This document shows, one piece after another, positions 12,106 through 26,042 of a DNA stretch of 64,000 nt. The stretch lies in contig NW_024704752.1 of NCBI RefSeq assembly GCF_018977255.1, forward strand, positions 8,804,001 through 8,868,000, read 5' to 3'. A program made the position numbers and the translations under genes. The DNA comes from Callorhinchus milii (Eukaryota). The notes under the pieces were generated by a model. The model ran no database searches. It was given only the letters and a program-made list of their open reading frames with translations, and was not told where the DNA came from. Each line of letters starts with the position of its first letter. The stretch's first letter is position 1.

Positions 12106-15100
12106 TCTCCTCTATCTCTTTGTGGCTTTCTGGTTCCCCTCTAATGTCAGCATTTAAAGAGCTTGATTTGCCTCTGATGGAATGAATGGGAGGGATGGTG
12201 AGAAAAGAGGGAGAGGAAAAAGGCTCTTGGATTCATCCATCCCCTTTTCCTGCATGTATTTAAGCTGCTCTGGAAAGTAAACCTGGGTTCATGCTTCTGG
12301 ATAAGCCAAGGAGGGAAGAAAAGAGGGCAGAGGTTCAGCACTGGGAAGGGAAGTTTAGAACAGACACTGGAAGTATTTCTTTACACAAAATGCACAGTCT
12401 ATCCACTTTACAATATACTCTGTGAAGCGCTTTGAGGCGTCTCAACCGTGTGATAAAGCACTCTATCAAAAGCAAGGACTATTAGAAACAGTTGGAACAG
12501 GTTATCAGGAAGGGTGGCTAAAGCCAGGTCTCATTGAATAAAGAGTTTGATACTGTAATGGGAAGATGGAAGGGTAGGAAGGTTTTGATCCAATGGGCCA
12601 CAAGACCTACTTTATCCAACCCTCTTTCACAATTGCACAGAATTAGGGTAACAACCTATTACCAGACAGAGGGTGGCATGATCATGGCATGAGTTCCGAG
12701 CCTTCCTTCACTGAGGATGAAAATTCATTGAAATCTGTAACAGACACTGCTGATTCAGGTTATACGTATCAATGTCCTCTGGTGTTCACTTATGGTGATA
12801 CAGTGAACTCATGGAAAGGGAAATATAGTCTGAAGGTCTAGAAATGCGGTATTCACAAAAAATAAATCCTGCATTGTGGTCGACTAAGGTTAGCCTAATA
12901 AAATGTTATACTGTGTGTCTTCAGTCCATCAATCACAGTGTGGTCTGTGTCCACCCTGCAATGTCATCCATCAGATTGGACAGTACATCCTTCATGGACA
13001 AGGACACTGCCCAACAAATAGATTCCTGAAAATTTGTGGACATCAATTACAATTGATTGTAGCCCTTTTCTTTCCAGGATAGAGGAAAAACAGTTTCCAA
13101 ATTAACAATGAATTTAGTAATTTTCCAAAATTCTGAATGATCTCCTGCGCAATAGTGGGCACCACTGATTAAAGACCAATCAACCTGGTTCGTCAGCAGG
13201 ACTTGGAGATGCAGACTAGTCACTGGAGGCATAGATTCTTCCCACTCGGTTCCTGTTAACCCTGCAAGCCAAAGCCCTAATAGGTAAGGTAATCCAAGCT
13301 GGACAAGCAGCATGAAGTTTGCCACACAATGCTTTCAATGGCAAGCTATGTGATTTTAGCTGGTTAAATTCCAGCAGTACCAAACATACACATTCTGGGG
13401 TTACCAAGCTTTGGCTCTCGCCAACCTACACCTGATACTCTCAGGAATTGAGTCAGCAAGGTATGTCCCTCCAGGAAGTGAGTTTGTATTCCGTTCTAGA
13501 CCCACAGTCATTCCAATGTGTAAGTGACATACACACGTGGGACTCTTAGTCTGGTTTGGATACTCTTAAGGATCGTTTCTGCTTATGTCAAACTCCTGGC
13601 TGACAAAAACAAGAGGGGAATTGGCTAAACAATCAAAGAGAATCAGATAGATTGAAGATATGATCGTGCAGCATATTTTCAAGAATATAATTAGACACAT
13701 TGTGCATTCTGACAGGATCAGGCTCTTTGGATAAGAGGCATTAGGGTAAGACTGCTTCCCACTCCAACAATAATGAGGGCAATTCTGTGAAACTATGTTT
13801 CTGTTGCTTATCGCCATCTGTTGGTTCAAACACATAAAGACGCCACTGGGATCTGAAGGAGAATTGGTCGATTGGGAATACTTTTCATTCAGTAACAGAG
13901 TGAGATACTGTTATTGGGAATTTTATCTCAACCTTAATTATCAACAATTGTTTCCAATTTTTCATGCAAAAAAAAGCCTAAAAGTGCTTAATAGCAATAC
14001 TAACGTTGCATGTGATATACGCCTTATCAATTTATTGAGACGTGTAAAGTGGACTGACTGTGTATTTTTGGGGTGAAACAAGGAATAATAATAGCACAAA
14101 CAAGAATAAAGAGTAGATGTAGAGGTGACTGGAGGCATCGATGTAGAGTTTCTGGAAAGTATATGTAAGCAGGGGAGATGATTGAGGCAGAGAGAGTATT
14201 TTAGGAGGTTTTACAAGGGGATTTGGGAAATGGGGTCCAGACAAGCCAAGGGGTGCTCAGTGCTTACAAGTCTTTGATGAGTCAAAGTTCTGAGCAAGTC
14301 AGAAGGGACAAATTTATTATTCATTATACATTTCTTCACAAAAGGCAGAAGCCACCAACTTAACAGTTAGCCCTTATATGTATCTGACCCTGAAAATCTT
14401 CAAAGCCTTTAGATAACTTTAGAAATTTGCACCCAGACAGTTTATCAGTGTCTTTCATTCGTAGATGATGCTGTTAGCAAGAATAAATAAACAGGAGACA
14501 GGCTGACCAGGGATCTGATACTTCAACTCCATGGAGTTTTTTTTTAACTTTGACCCAAATTTCTCCCTTTCATGCTATACATGGTGACTCATTAACTGGC
14601 CAGTGTTCCATGGGCATTGCCTGCTCGCAGCACCATCCCCGAGACTGTGAGTGCCGGCAGGCTGGTCGACCACAGGAAAGCCTCGTCCTGTCCTCAATCA
14701 ACACACCTTTCCAGAAAGAAGTTGCTCCCTGTGATCACAATAATAATCCTAATAATCCTTGCATTTTATGTAGTGCCTTATCGCTTTGAGAGGCTTCACT
14801 ATTATTATTATCATGTCACTAAAGTGCCTCAAAGCGCTTCACAGAATATATTGTAAAGTGGATCGACTGTGTATTTTGTGGGCGAAAGTGTACTGACTGT
14901 GTGTTTTGTGGGAAAAACAAGGAACTTAAATCAAATGCCAGAAGTTCACACAGTGAAATACATCTTCAACACGTGCAGAAGTGGTATATGTGTTGGGGGG
15001 GCGGGGTGGGGGGAAGGGATCTGATTCTGGTGGTAGGTTAGGTTCCAGCTTTTCATCTCTGAAACCCGGCAGCCAATTACACACAGTAGTGACCAATTTT

Positions 15101-16355
15101 TTTTTATATAGGGATTATTACCCCTGGAAAGCGATCTGCCAATCGACTAACAACCAGGTTCCTACTTACTGCTAGGTAAACAGAGCGTGTGGAGTAAGAA
15201 AACCTGCCTAAGGTTTTGTGCAATCTGGAAATCAAACCCAGGTCCTCTCGCTTGCGAACGAGCTAACCACTACACTACAGGACTCCACAAAAGAGAGGTT
15301 GGAAATAAAGAAAGCCCTTTGGGACAAGTGATCTCATCAGGGCGGGGGGGTGGTTGAATGTTAGGCAAGTTTCCTTACTCCACATGTGTCTGTTTACCAA
15401 GCAGTAAGTAATCCCAATGGCTGGAACTGAGGAGACCACAATGTGCCTTGGTTCAGCACCTAGGCTTCTCAGCAACAACAACAATCAAAGGTGAAATTTG
15501 CTGACTGATACCCAATGCCATTGTAAAACCTGTTCCAGTAATAATCCTAGTTTTGCAATACACTGAGTAAAGTGTACATTTTGTTTTGTACAAAAAAGGC
15601 TAGCAAGGATAATCCATCAACATCTAGGCAGTTCTAGCAAATAGAACCAAGGTTCTGCCTCTGAGTCATTCTGTTGTAGTGTAGATACACGGCCCAGGTT
15701 GGCAACTCGAGCTCACAATGTAGGCTGACATTCTAATGCATCGTCTAACGTGACGTCCTTCAAATTAGATGTTAATTTGAGGTTCTGTCTGCCTGTTCAG
15801 GTAGATATTAAAGATCTTGTGGCACTATTTGAAAAGTGAAGAGAGTTTCTTCCAGTTTCCTGGCCCCCAAATCCCTTTGATTTGAAAAATAAATGTTCAC
15901 TTCACAACTGTGTGCTTCATGCAAGTTGGCTAATCTGTTGACCTAGAAATGCACAGTCAATACACTTCACAGTAAATTCTGTAAAAACTCTTTGTGATGC
16001 TTCAATATCATAAATTGCTATATCACTTATAATGTTTTCACGTAAGTACTTATAATACAGAAAATAATTAATGATTTAAAACATGTTGCCAGAATGAAAA
16101 AGAAAATAACCCAAATTCTATTGCTTTTTGCTGAGCAGAATCAGACTGATTTCATTGGAGTCAGCAGAATCCCGAAAGCAAACATCAATTGATTATTTGG
16201 TTAAAGTCTAATCTGTAGGAGACGGAATGACATCGTCAGTTAGAATATTGTCTATTCATCTCCTAACCCTGAGATTGAATCCAGCACGGGTTGGCAGAAA
16301 TTCCTGATTTCTGCTGGCTATGAGGATCTTTGTTGCAATAACTGGCTTCAAACTA

Positions 16356-16719
16356 TAATAATAATAATTCTTGCATTGATGGAGTGCCTTATCATCTGGG
16401 TGAGACATCTCAAGGTGCTTCATGGAATATATTGTAAAGACTAAAAGTGTATTCAGTGTGAGAAACACGACAGCCATTTGTGCACAGCAGTGTCCCACAA
16501 ACAGTTGTGGATTGAGTGACCAAATTATTATTTTTTTAGAAGGATTACACCCAGAAACGTGATCCTCTAATTGTCTAACAACCGGGTTCCTAATTACTGC
16601 TAGGTAAACAGAGGCGTGTGGAGTAAGGGAACTTGCCTAAGGTTTTGTCCTGCCCGGGAATCAAACCTGAGTCCTCTCACTTGTGAGGCGAGTGCTCAAA
16701 CAATACACTACAGGACTCC
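16356..16719 (-). mobile_element. tRNA-derived SINE subfamily B, full length
   Basis: Reverse complement runs from GGAGTCCTGTAG (16719) to an (ATT)n tail (16356). Further minus-strand copies or fragments at ~14740-14910, 15100-15286, 16920-17035, 18136-18240, 23280-23380, 24075-24183, 26880-27160, 29066-29348, 47590-47940, 48963-49050, 63788-63975. Confidence 0.85.
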
Positions 16720-17149
16720 TAGTTTCTCATTGGCACAAACTATTCTTAATTTGGTATAAATTGCCATTAAATAGACAGTTTCTCTGACTAGGTATGTTGT
16801 GGGAAACAGAAACAGCACAGAGATGCATTGTAGGAGAAATTCTTCTCTGGCTGGAATTGGCTACAGAAAGTAGAGGGATACTTAGTCTGTATTTAACTCA
16901 CACTGTACATGATTTAATAGTAATAATACTAATAATCCTTGCATTTGATATAGCACTTTATCACATCATTGAGACATCTCAAAGCGCTTCACAGAATATA
17001 TTCTAAAGTGAATTGACTGTGTATTTTGTGGGCAAATATGTTTCATTTTGTAGGAGTGACCTACATCAGCTAAGTGATTGCAAATGTATCCTCCATGAAT
17101 ATAAATCAATCAAATCTTTGAAGTGGGATTGACAGTAAGTGCAGTTTGC

Positions 17150-17520
17150 CTTGACCAAAGGATGCAGAGGGAAGAGTGACAAGAACAATCCCAGTCCTGA
17201 GGGGTCTAAGTGATGAAAATAAAAGGAGGCTATTTTCATCAGAGAAAGGAAGATTGAAGGGGAAGGTCACAGCATAAGGTCCGTGAAATGCAGAGAGGTA
17301 CAGAGAATGTAAATGTGAGCAGGCTATTTAACTTGCTCCATGTGGGGAGCACCAGAGAATACAAATATAAAGGTTACAAGACTTCAGTGAGAATGGAAAA
17401 AAACTTTCCTCTTCATTGGGAACAAACTCCCAGATGTGGTAGTAAGTGAGGAGTGGATGAGCATTATTAAACAAGAAATGGATAACTATGTGTTGGACAA
17501 AGGGACCAAGGACTAAAGAC
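17150..17520 (+). mobile_element. Decayed CR1 LINE ORF2 3' fragment
   Basis: Remnants of QRR.TR.IP.LRGLS..E / LFS.EK.RL.G typical of the CR1 ORF2 C-terminus; a similar relic lies at ~12250-12600. Confidence 0.55.
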
Positions 17521-17629
17521 ACCTAAAGAGGACAAGAGGGGGTAATCGGTCAATATCTGAGGTGATTAATTATTTTAATATCCCAATCATATCCCAGTTA
17601 ATACACCTGGACTGAGATGCCCTTCAGTG

Positions 17630-17750
17630 CACTATTTACTTTGATTGCAGTAAATTTCACAATCGCTCCAGTCCTGTTTACGAGTACATGTTTACTCTGC
17701 AGCCAAGGTTATCTTCTCATTAGATTCCTTCAGCAGACTATTTAATGCCG
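17630..17750 (+). promoter_or_regulatory. Candidate liver-type promoter of gene 1
   Basis: Three forkhead/FOXA cores T(G/A)TTTAC (~17633, 17676, 17689) and a TATA-like TATTTAA (~17739). A possible 86-nt 5'-UTR intron spans 17790 (gtgagt) to 17875 (ttttttcag), with a CTAAT branch at ~17852. Motif inspection only. Confidence 0.4.
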
Positions 17751-17880
17751 ACTGCCTTCTTGAGCTTTAACAGCCAGCCTGTGAAGCCTGTGAGTCACCC
17801 TCTGCAGTGCAGTAGTTAGTGTTGGAGTCTTCCGCCCGTCTTGCTTCATTTCTAATATTTGAATGTTTTTTTCAGCCAAC

Positions 17881-20874
17881 ATGAAGCTGCTTGGAGTGTT
17901 GGCCGTGTGCACTGTGCTGCTTATGCCTTGTGTTATGTCCCAGATACACGAAGCGATTCCCTGTGATTCCCAGGAGGTGGTGGCTCTGGCAGATCTGGCT
18001 GTCAACCACATCAATGAAGTTGAAAAGCAAGGATACAAATTCAGCCTGGACAGGATCGAAAACGTCCAGCAGTTGAAAAAGGTTAGTAAAAATTAAAACA
18101 TTTCTATCCCTCAGCTCTTCTTCCAGACCAATCTTAATAACAATAATAATCCTTCCATTTGATACAACGCCTTATCAAGCCTTTGTGATGTCTCAAAGCG
18201 CTTCACAGAATATATTGTAAAGTGAATTGACTGTATATCTTGCGAACTTTTGATATTGGTTATATTGATAATTTTTTTTAAAAAGCCAGATTGATGGATC
18301 AATAGGTTTGGAATAATTTGGTTGAATCTAACACACTGTAAAAACATGTCAGTCTTGAGGTTTTGATTGCACTGTGACCTCCTTGCCTCAATAATACTGC
18401 GAGAGAGAGAGAGTGCTTCTCCACAGGGACTCCACACTCCCTGTTACCCCGTTTCCCCACTATTTGCTCACGAAAGTACTGGCATTAACCCGTTCGATTT
18501 CCCCCTCAAGTAATGAATGTGCTGTCCTATGATGAGGTAATTTCATGAGCCTGCATAATGGGCCTTGCTTCTGCATCTCGCTTCTATCATTGAAAAAAAG
18601 CACCGAGTTCTGTAATGCATTTTGACATTCTGATCCTGAGAATGATCTTGCATTGAGTCCCAAGTAACCACTGCAAAATACAATCACTAGACTTTGCAGT
18701 AATTCATATGAAGCGCTTCGAGGCGTCCTCCCAGGAAAGGCGCTAGGTCAAATGCAGGGAATAAGATTTCTTTGAACTATTTCCTTTCAGGATGGTGGAG
18801 AAAACGTCTACTATATAGAAATTGATGTCCGTGAGACCAAGTGCCATATTCTGGACCCCAGGCCTCTCAGTGACTGTAAAATCCGTTCCTTCTTGGACAC
18901 CGTGAGTCTTATTACCTTCTCTCTCAACAATTCTTGTATTCCAGAATTCCCGTTAATATGTTGTCCAGAATTACTACTAAGTTAGGTTAGATTGCACAAA
19001 CGATAATCTTTGTGGTTATCGTTTGTGCAGTGTAACCTAACTGTTGTGGCCTTTGCACTGCATTGGTCAGCCCTAATCTAAGTTATTCTGCACATGTGCA
19101 ATTTATTTACTGTGACACTGAAAGTACTAATATTAAAACAATAACTTACCCAATATCAGGACAGTGTTACTGCTATAATATTAACCCAACCTCACTGGAG
19201 TCAAATAAAAAGCTCATCTTGAAGTAAAATTATACTTTTTAAAGTTATACATTGACCCATGACCCCACCATCCTCTTTTTCCTTCTATTTTGTCTTCATT
19301 ATTTTTCCTTTTTTAGGGGTTATTTTTCCTCTCACTGAGGTTCTCCAGGAATTTTCTTCTCTCTCTTCCATTTGACTCCTTTTTCTGATACTGCCATTAT
19401 TCACATTATCCATGGCGGAGAATTATAGCACATTATTTAACTTACTCAAGGTTACTACCTCAACCTTACTGGCTGGAATATAAGTGTCAGAATAGCTTGA
19501 ATGCTCCACTGCGTACAAAGCGATAAAGCCACCTTGGCTTGTCATCTTGTAACATAGTACACGTATTACGTATTTGTGACCTGGATTTTATATTCATTCC
19601 AGTTGAGAGGACAGAAGAAAGGCAAAGTTCCTCTGGGCCGCTCGAATGGGTTGCATAGATCTCTAGCATGTTTTGTGGGCAGATTCAAGCTTCCAAATCC
19701 GTTCCCTAAATCGCTTCTGACAGGATGATTTGATCTTCTGAAGTCAGTGGATGGTTAAACCTCTCATCTATATTGCCGTTCTGGCAGCAAATAGCTCTCG
19801 AAATAAGAGTTTCTATTTTAAATGCTGGGAAGGAAGAACAGCCGGAACATTTCTAATACAGTGCCATTCAGAAGTGATACAATGATGTATTGTGCTATTT
19901 GCTGCTTGGCAAACTAGATAAGATTTGCCAACTCATGGGATCAAATCCCCTCTAATTGTGGCTATAAGACTACTATCTGAATTGGTTTGGGGCCAGCCTC
20001 AAGTGAGAGTGGGCTCACAGCACAATATTTCCCTCCATTTGGCAATCTACTCAGAGGAACCACAGGATGAAATCAAAATATCCTATTGTTGCAATGCAGG
20101 GCTCTCTTCTGAGGTTTGTTTTGACGGAATAGAAAGGACGTTGTTCTAGACTAAACCGTGTTCCATTTGCTCTGTGAATGCTTGACGCTTTTGAATGGGC
20201 CTCTAAAATGGCAACATACTCCATTTCCCAGCACCAAAATCTCCACCCAAAAAAACTGATAAAGGTGACTTTGATTTGGACACAGATCATTAATCCTTTG
20301 CAGAGTGTATTTCTTTGTGCAGCTAACACATTCATCACACAAGGGCATCAATGAAAGGACTTAGTGTATTCAACATACTGACTATCCTTTGGATGCATGT
20401 CAAACCCAATCAAGTAACTCAAGGTTCTTCTTTCTCTCATTCTCATATTAGAAAGTCGAAGGAGATTGTAAGGTAATTGTAGTGACCAAGGCTGGAGCTC
20501 CAAGTTCCGTGGATGGTTATAGGTGTGAATTATCTCCAGGTATGTTCATTTTCTGCTTTGAACAACACTATATGGAGTCCTATAGCTCAGTGGTTAGAGC
20601 ACTCGCCTTGCAAGCGAGACACCTGGGCTCAATTCCAGGCAGGGCGAAACCTTGGGCAAGTTTCCTTACTCCACACAGAGCCTAATAATAATCCCTCCAA
20701 AAATAAAAAATAAATTGGTCATTTTCAATCCACGACTGTTTGTGGGACACTGCTTTGCGCAATTGGCTGCTGCATTTCGCCCACAAATATACGGTCAATT
20801 CACTTTACAGCATATTCTGTGAAGCGCTTTGAGACCTCTAGAAGACGTGAAAAAGTGCTATATCAAATGCAAGG

Positions 20875-20912
<38 letters not shown>

Positions 20913-23841
20913 CACAGCTTAGGCTAAAGGCTCAATGCCACTTTTAGTGATAGTCGTCATATTGGCTCAGTATCATTTGTTTAAGCTGAGAAACTTCGGT
21001 AAAGGAACAAGCACATACAAAGACAAGAAAGGGCACTGCCAAGGTTTAGTAGTATAGAAAAGAACTCTTTATATCTGTCAGTCTTCCCTTCCTTGCACAA
21101 TCATAGCTTTATAAACTCCAGTCTAATTTCACCAAAGCTGTTTTACTACTACTTTAGTCAACACGTACCTCTTTTGCTCCTCACAGATAGTATAGTCCAG
21201 TATTCTCCTCTTCTTCCAGGTACTATCATTGTGTTAAATTATAGATTCAGTGAAAAGAAATTAAAAGTAAAAATGTGCAGGAGATTGAATCAGATACTGA
21301 GAGAGCAAGATAGGTTAATGTTCTGGGTGTGACTCTGACTCTTTATCAGAATCATATCGTCTAGCAGTCCTTATACAGCAGGCCAAGCTCTGGTGGTTTC
21401 AAATAGTTGCAGGGAGTTGTATGGAATTTTAGATTAAACACTACTCTTTCACCTGAGGGACATGAATTCAAATCCCAAAAATGATAAAAAAAAGAGTCCA
21501 GTGTGAAATGTGTTTGGGACAGTCCCTGCAGTTGAGAGTAGGGTGGAAAGTGGGATTAGTTATCTCAGGAGATACCAGGGTTTGAACTTGGAACCTCGAG
21601 TCAGTTGCGCAGTAGGTTTACTGACTGAGCCATTGAAGGAGTCTAATGGTTTTATTAATGTTTGCATGCACTGTTGTGTTACAGATTCAGCTGAAGATGT
21701 TATCGAGAAATGTCCTAACTGTCCGACTCTATTACTTCCAAACGACACTGGAGTCCTATACGCTGTGAATGTCTCATTGCACAAATTTAACCATGTGAGC
21801 AATCACATGCACAAGTTTCAACTTCGTGATATAACACGAGCTTCTGGCAAGGTACATCTCTTCATTCCTAGATCGCACCTGAAGACCTTCCTCTTCGACC
21901 ATGCCACCAGTCACCTCCGCTCTCTCCCTGGCTCTCCGCAAGCTACGCTATTGTTAAGTGCTCAGAGATGCTATCCCATGTGAAGGGCGCTAAATAAATC
22001 GTTCTTGTTCATAAATTATTTTCACTCTGTCAAAGATTCTGAGGATGTTTTTGAGCAGGAAAAGGCCATCAGGCCAACAAGCTTTATTTTTTTTTATCTG
22101 AACCCCCATCTATCAGCCTTCTAACCATATTATCATTCTATTCACTCTCTTGAAATGCATCTAATTGCCTCTTGAACCCACAATTCTGTCACTGAGGTAA
22201 GGCATAAAATCAGATACTTCAGTGGTTACAACAATATTTAATTTGATTCTGTTTCAGGGAGTTGGGAGTCCAGTGATGGTGGAGTTCAGTATCCAGGAGA
22301 CTCCATGTAGGAAAGCCTCACCTCTATGTTCCCTGATTGCCTTGATTTCTCCAGTGAGTATTGTAAACACAGTATCCATAGAAAAAATAATGGAGTGAGT
22401 TGCAAATTGTAATCTGATTGAGATTCAGATAGTTTATATATAGATTAATGGATTCCTGGGAATGAGTTAAAGACAGGAATCCAATCAAGTGGTTCAGATG
22501 GTCAATATATAGAATAATGGATTGCTGGGCGTGAGTTAAAGGGATCTGGTAGCTAGTCACATGATTCAGATGGTCAAAGTATAGAATAATAAATCACTAG
22601 TAGAGATTGGAATCTAGTTAAAGGGTTTAGAAAGCTTTGTGAGGCTAGGGGTGACTGGAACCCTCTCTCCTGCAGGGAGGGGGTAACTTGTGCTGGGATA
22701 AAGTTCCTCAATTGGCCAGTTTCACTGTGAGACTCGGCAGCAAGTGATGTTGGTTGGGGTGAGGGGGGGCGGTGGTTGTCGATACAGATAGAACAAGAAT
22801 GGCGGTTGGGAACACACCACCCAAAACTGAAAACGTATGATATCTCCTAGTTCTTTTACCTCTCTTCTCTCGTTATGTAGCAAAACGGTTTCTGTGCAGC
22901 GACTGTCACTCCAGCTGGTGCTACTGCCCCTGAAATAGTGGATGTGACTTGTGAGTTATACTCAACCAAGGTAAGTGATGTAGCATGGGACCATTAGTTA
23001 TCAAGTGGAGTCCTATTGTGGTACAGCTAATATTTCTCTTACCTCAGCCTCTAATCTCTCTCTCCATCATAATATTCCTTCTCTTTACTTTACTGATATT
23101 CGTGCTCCTCTGAATATAACGCTTTTTCTTCCCATATTTCAAATAATACCATATTCTGCCTATTCTTTCTCCTGCACATTTACTGCACTGAAATTCTGAC
23201 TTACTGACCCTTCACCAACTGCAACTCATTCTTCCCCAGAACCTCAAGACCGTGGAATTCTTCACTACTCACGTTCTTAATAATAACAATAATCCTTGCA
23301 TTTGATGCAGTGCCTTATCACGTCATTGAGACATCTCAAAGCGCTTCATACTATATCGTAGAGTGAATTGACAGTATATTTCCTTTCCTGCTACAGTTTG
23401 CAAGCTTTCCTACTTGCGCACGTCTTCACCTACACACTATATGTTTGATTTATCTAACCTCTCTTATGTTAATCTTGAACCACGGTAATTTTGAATTACA
23501 ATGTGCTTATGTTTTGAATATTGCAGGTTGCCCCCGACAGTAGTACAGCACCACTGGAAGGTGAGAGTGGCACTGTGGCATCACCAGAGGCCGCCACCGT
23601 AGCAGTTGTTGAAAATAATCCCACGGCAGCATCAGAAGTTGCTATTTCTCCAGGAATAATGATTCCTCCTAAACGCAAGCGAGCAGTTCAGGAATCCTCT
23701 GAATCCTCTGAAGAACTGTTGATTGGCACTGGTCAAGCAGGAGCTGGCTCTGAAGTACTACTCAAACTTAGCAGATTCCCTGATCTCCCCGCGCATCTTA
23801 CATCCTGCCCAGGAGTGCGCAGGCACCCCGAGCATCTGTGA
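17881..23841 (+). CDS. AHSG: Fetuin-A / alpha-2-HS-glycoprotein-like, 7 coding exons, 355 aa (gene 1)
   Basis: Exons 17881-18081, 18791-18901, 20452-20539, 21685-21851, 22258-22353, 22881-22970, 23527-23841; all AG/GT bounded, joined frame open (1068 nt). Signal peptide, IPCDS, YYIEIDVRETKCHILDPRPLSDC (human FEIEIDTLETTCHVLDPTPVARC), VEGDC, DSAEDVIEKCPNCP, C-terminal CPGVRRH (human CPGRIRH). AATAAA at 24018 and 24035. Confidence 0.9.
20574..20908 (+). mobile_element. tRNA-derived SINE subfamily A, full length
   Basis: GGAGTCCTATAGCTCAGTGGTTAGAGC (A box)...CTCAATTCC (B-box-like), Deu-like core, long (ATT)n tail; inserted 35 bp after gene 1 exon 3. Confidence 0.9.
21870..22010 (+). mobile_element. 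L2 LINE 3' end fragment
   Basis: Encodes SHLKTFLFDHA (L2 ORF2 terminus), followed by GTGAAGGGCGCTAAATAAAT tail. Confidence 0.65.
22422..22625. repeat. Degenerate ~70-bp tandem triplication in gene 1 intron 5
   Basis: G(A/G)TTCAGAT..TATAGA.TAAT...AGTTAAAG recurs, with units starting near 22422, 22491 and 22563. Confidence 0.7.
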
Positions 23842-26042
23842 GCAGAAATAACCCTGTCCAATTTTCCCCGCAAAAACAACACCACATTATCTTCACCCAA
23901 CGGAGGAATGAAGCATAACTCAAATGATAACAGCCACTTCAGAATTGGCAACGAAACAGTCAACACAGCAACACAGAAGAATTCTCTGACTTCCCTCCTC
24001 TTGTGTTTCAGGGTGAAAATAAAATGTAATCTTAAATAAACAATGAGCCATTGCATGGTGGTAATATGTCAATATAATAATAATAATCCTTGCATTTGAC
24101 ATAGCGTCTTATCATGTCTTTGAGACTTCTCAAAGCGCTTCACAGGATATACTATAAAGTGAATTGAGTGCATATTTGGTGGGCTATATAGAGAAACTGC
24201 TTGTCTGAGGAAGATCCAGCATCTTCATGTTGCAAATCATATATTGTCATTACACGACACTCAGTATTTGCAATCTTTTTTTTCTATCAGAATATAGGTG
24301 ATTGGTTGACAATCTTTCACAGTATAGTCAAAATGAAGCTCTCACTCCACTCAATATTTTGCCAAACATTACAAAGACACCACCCAACAAGGTATCGAGT
24401 TATTGCAGAATTTATAATTAATTAGAGATTTTTCTCATTAAAAGATTCCAACTTATAATGGTATGCCTTTTGCATACTCACTATCATTATAAGGGTACCC
24501 AAGGGTATCATAACATTGAGAAATAGAGTGAAGGGTGAAAGATACAAGTGGTTTGGGTGAAAACAGATAAGATAAACCAAGAACTAGAAGTTAAATTAAA
24601 ATAGGATAAGAGTTTAAAATAAAGATCCATTCTGCACCTGGGAGACTCTCTTACATTTTTGATTCCAGTTTTTGATTACATCTCTACGTTTTCTTCTTAT
24701 AACCTACAGGCCTTTAAAATCAAGCTCAGCCTCACCCAACCACTACTTGATTTAATCACTTAAACCCTTTTCAACTGTGAAGGCATCCTGTATTAAAAGC
24801 AAAGAGACACATGGTCATTACGCTGTACAGTATATCTTGTGAAGCACTTCGGGACATCCTCCCGATGTAAAAGGCACTATACCAAATAATAATAATCCTT
24901 GCATTTGATATAGCGGCTTATTATGTTGTTGGCACGTCTGAAAGTGCTTCACAGGATATACTGCAAAATGGAGTGACTGTATTTTGTGGGTCAATTCCAC
25001 AGCCACGTGCGCACAGCAATGTCCCACAAACAGCTATGGAGTGAGTGACCAATTTTATTTTGGGGGATTGTTGGCCAGGACACCGGGAGAAACTCTTTTC
25101 GAATAGGATCCTTAACATCCACCTGAACAGGCAGTTGGGTCCTCGGTTTAATGTCTCATCCAAAGGATGGCACATTCAACAATGCAACACCCACCCAGCA
25201 CTGTATTGGAGTGCTTTCTTACACTTTGTGACATGGGGTTTGAACCCACAACCTTTTGACTCAGAGGTGAGAGTGAGCCAGGCTGACACACAGACCATTT
25301 CCCCTAGAAAGCAATCCAAATCGGTTCCATCTTAGTAAACTTGGTAAACAGAGGCATTTGGAGTAAGGAAACTTACCTAATCCACATCCCACTCAGGAAT
25401 CAAACCCGGGTCCTCGCTAACCAATACACTATGGTGAGCCATACATTGAATCACTGTGCCATTTTGTTCGTAGAATATTCTTTGGTAAAGGTATTGATGG
25501 ATTTCCTAAATAAAATCAAAAGTTCCTTTGTGGATTGTTAGACTATATTGTTTAACTGTTGTAACACAGCAGAACGTGTACCTGTGAATCCACGCAAGAG
25601 ACATGCCAAACCGATTTTGACTTTTGAATCAGTTAAACTATCCATGAATTCAGCGTCCTTTCCAGCAATAACAGGACATGACCACATCTGCAAATAACAG
25701 AAATTAAGATAAATAGATATTCAGCTATTACAAAAAAATCACCCTCTATTCATTCTGAACATTATCAAAATCTAAACGAACCTAATTTACATAAAATACA
25801 AATCAAAAACATGTTCTTCTATTCTAGGAATATTGCATTCCTTAGATTCATTTTTTTAAAAAAATCCAATCCATGCAATCTTTTGATGGGGAAGGAAAAT
25901 CTAGGGAGGTGAACTTTCAGTTGAAGTGACAACGTTGGTTGTGACACTGTTTCATACCAGAGAATCTTGAAGGAGAGATCTCAGAGAGGGCTGTTTCGGG
26001 GTATATAATATTTTAAATGGGATCCAAGATCAACAACTTGGC

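Noticed and set aside
10254-12157. Long ORFs of 290-473 aa on both strands
   Set aside because: They are translations of the stop-poor minisatellite; only 10433-10591 has family similarity and a splice donor.
20574-20650. tRNA genes at SINE heads (also 960, 38652, 54045)
   Set aside because: A/B boxes run straight into the SINE body and (ATT)n tail; no complete cloverleaf acceptor stem or Pol III terminator.
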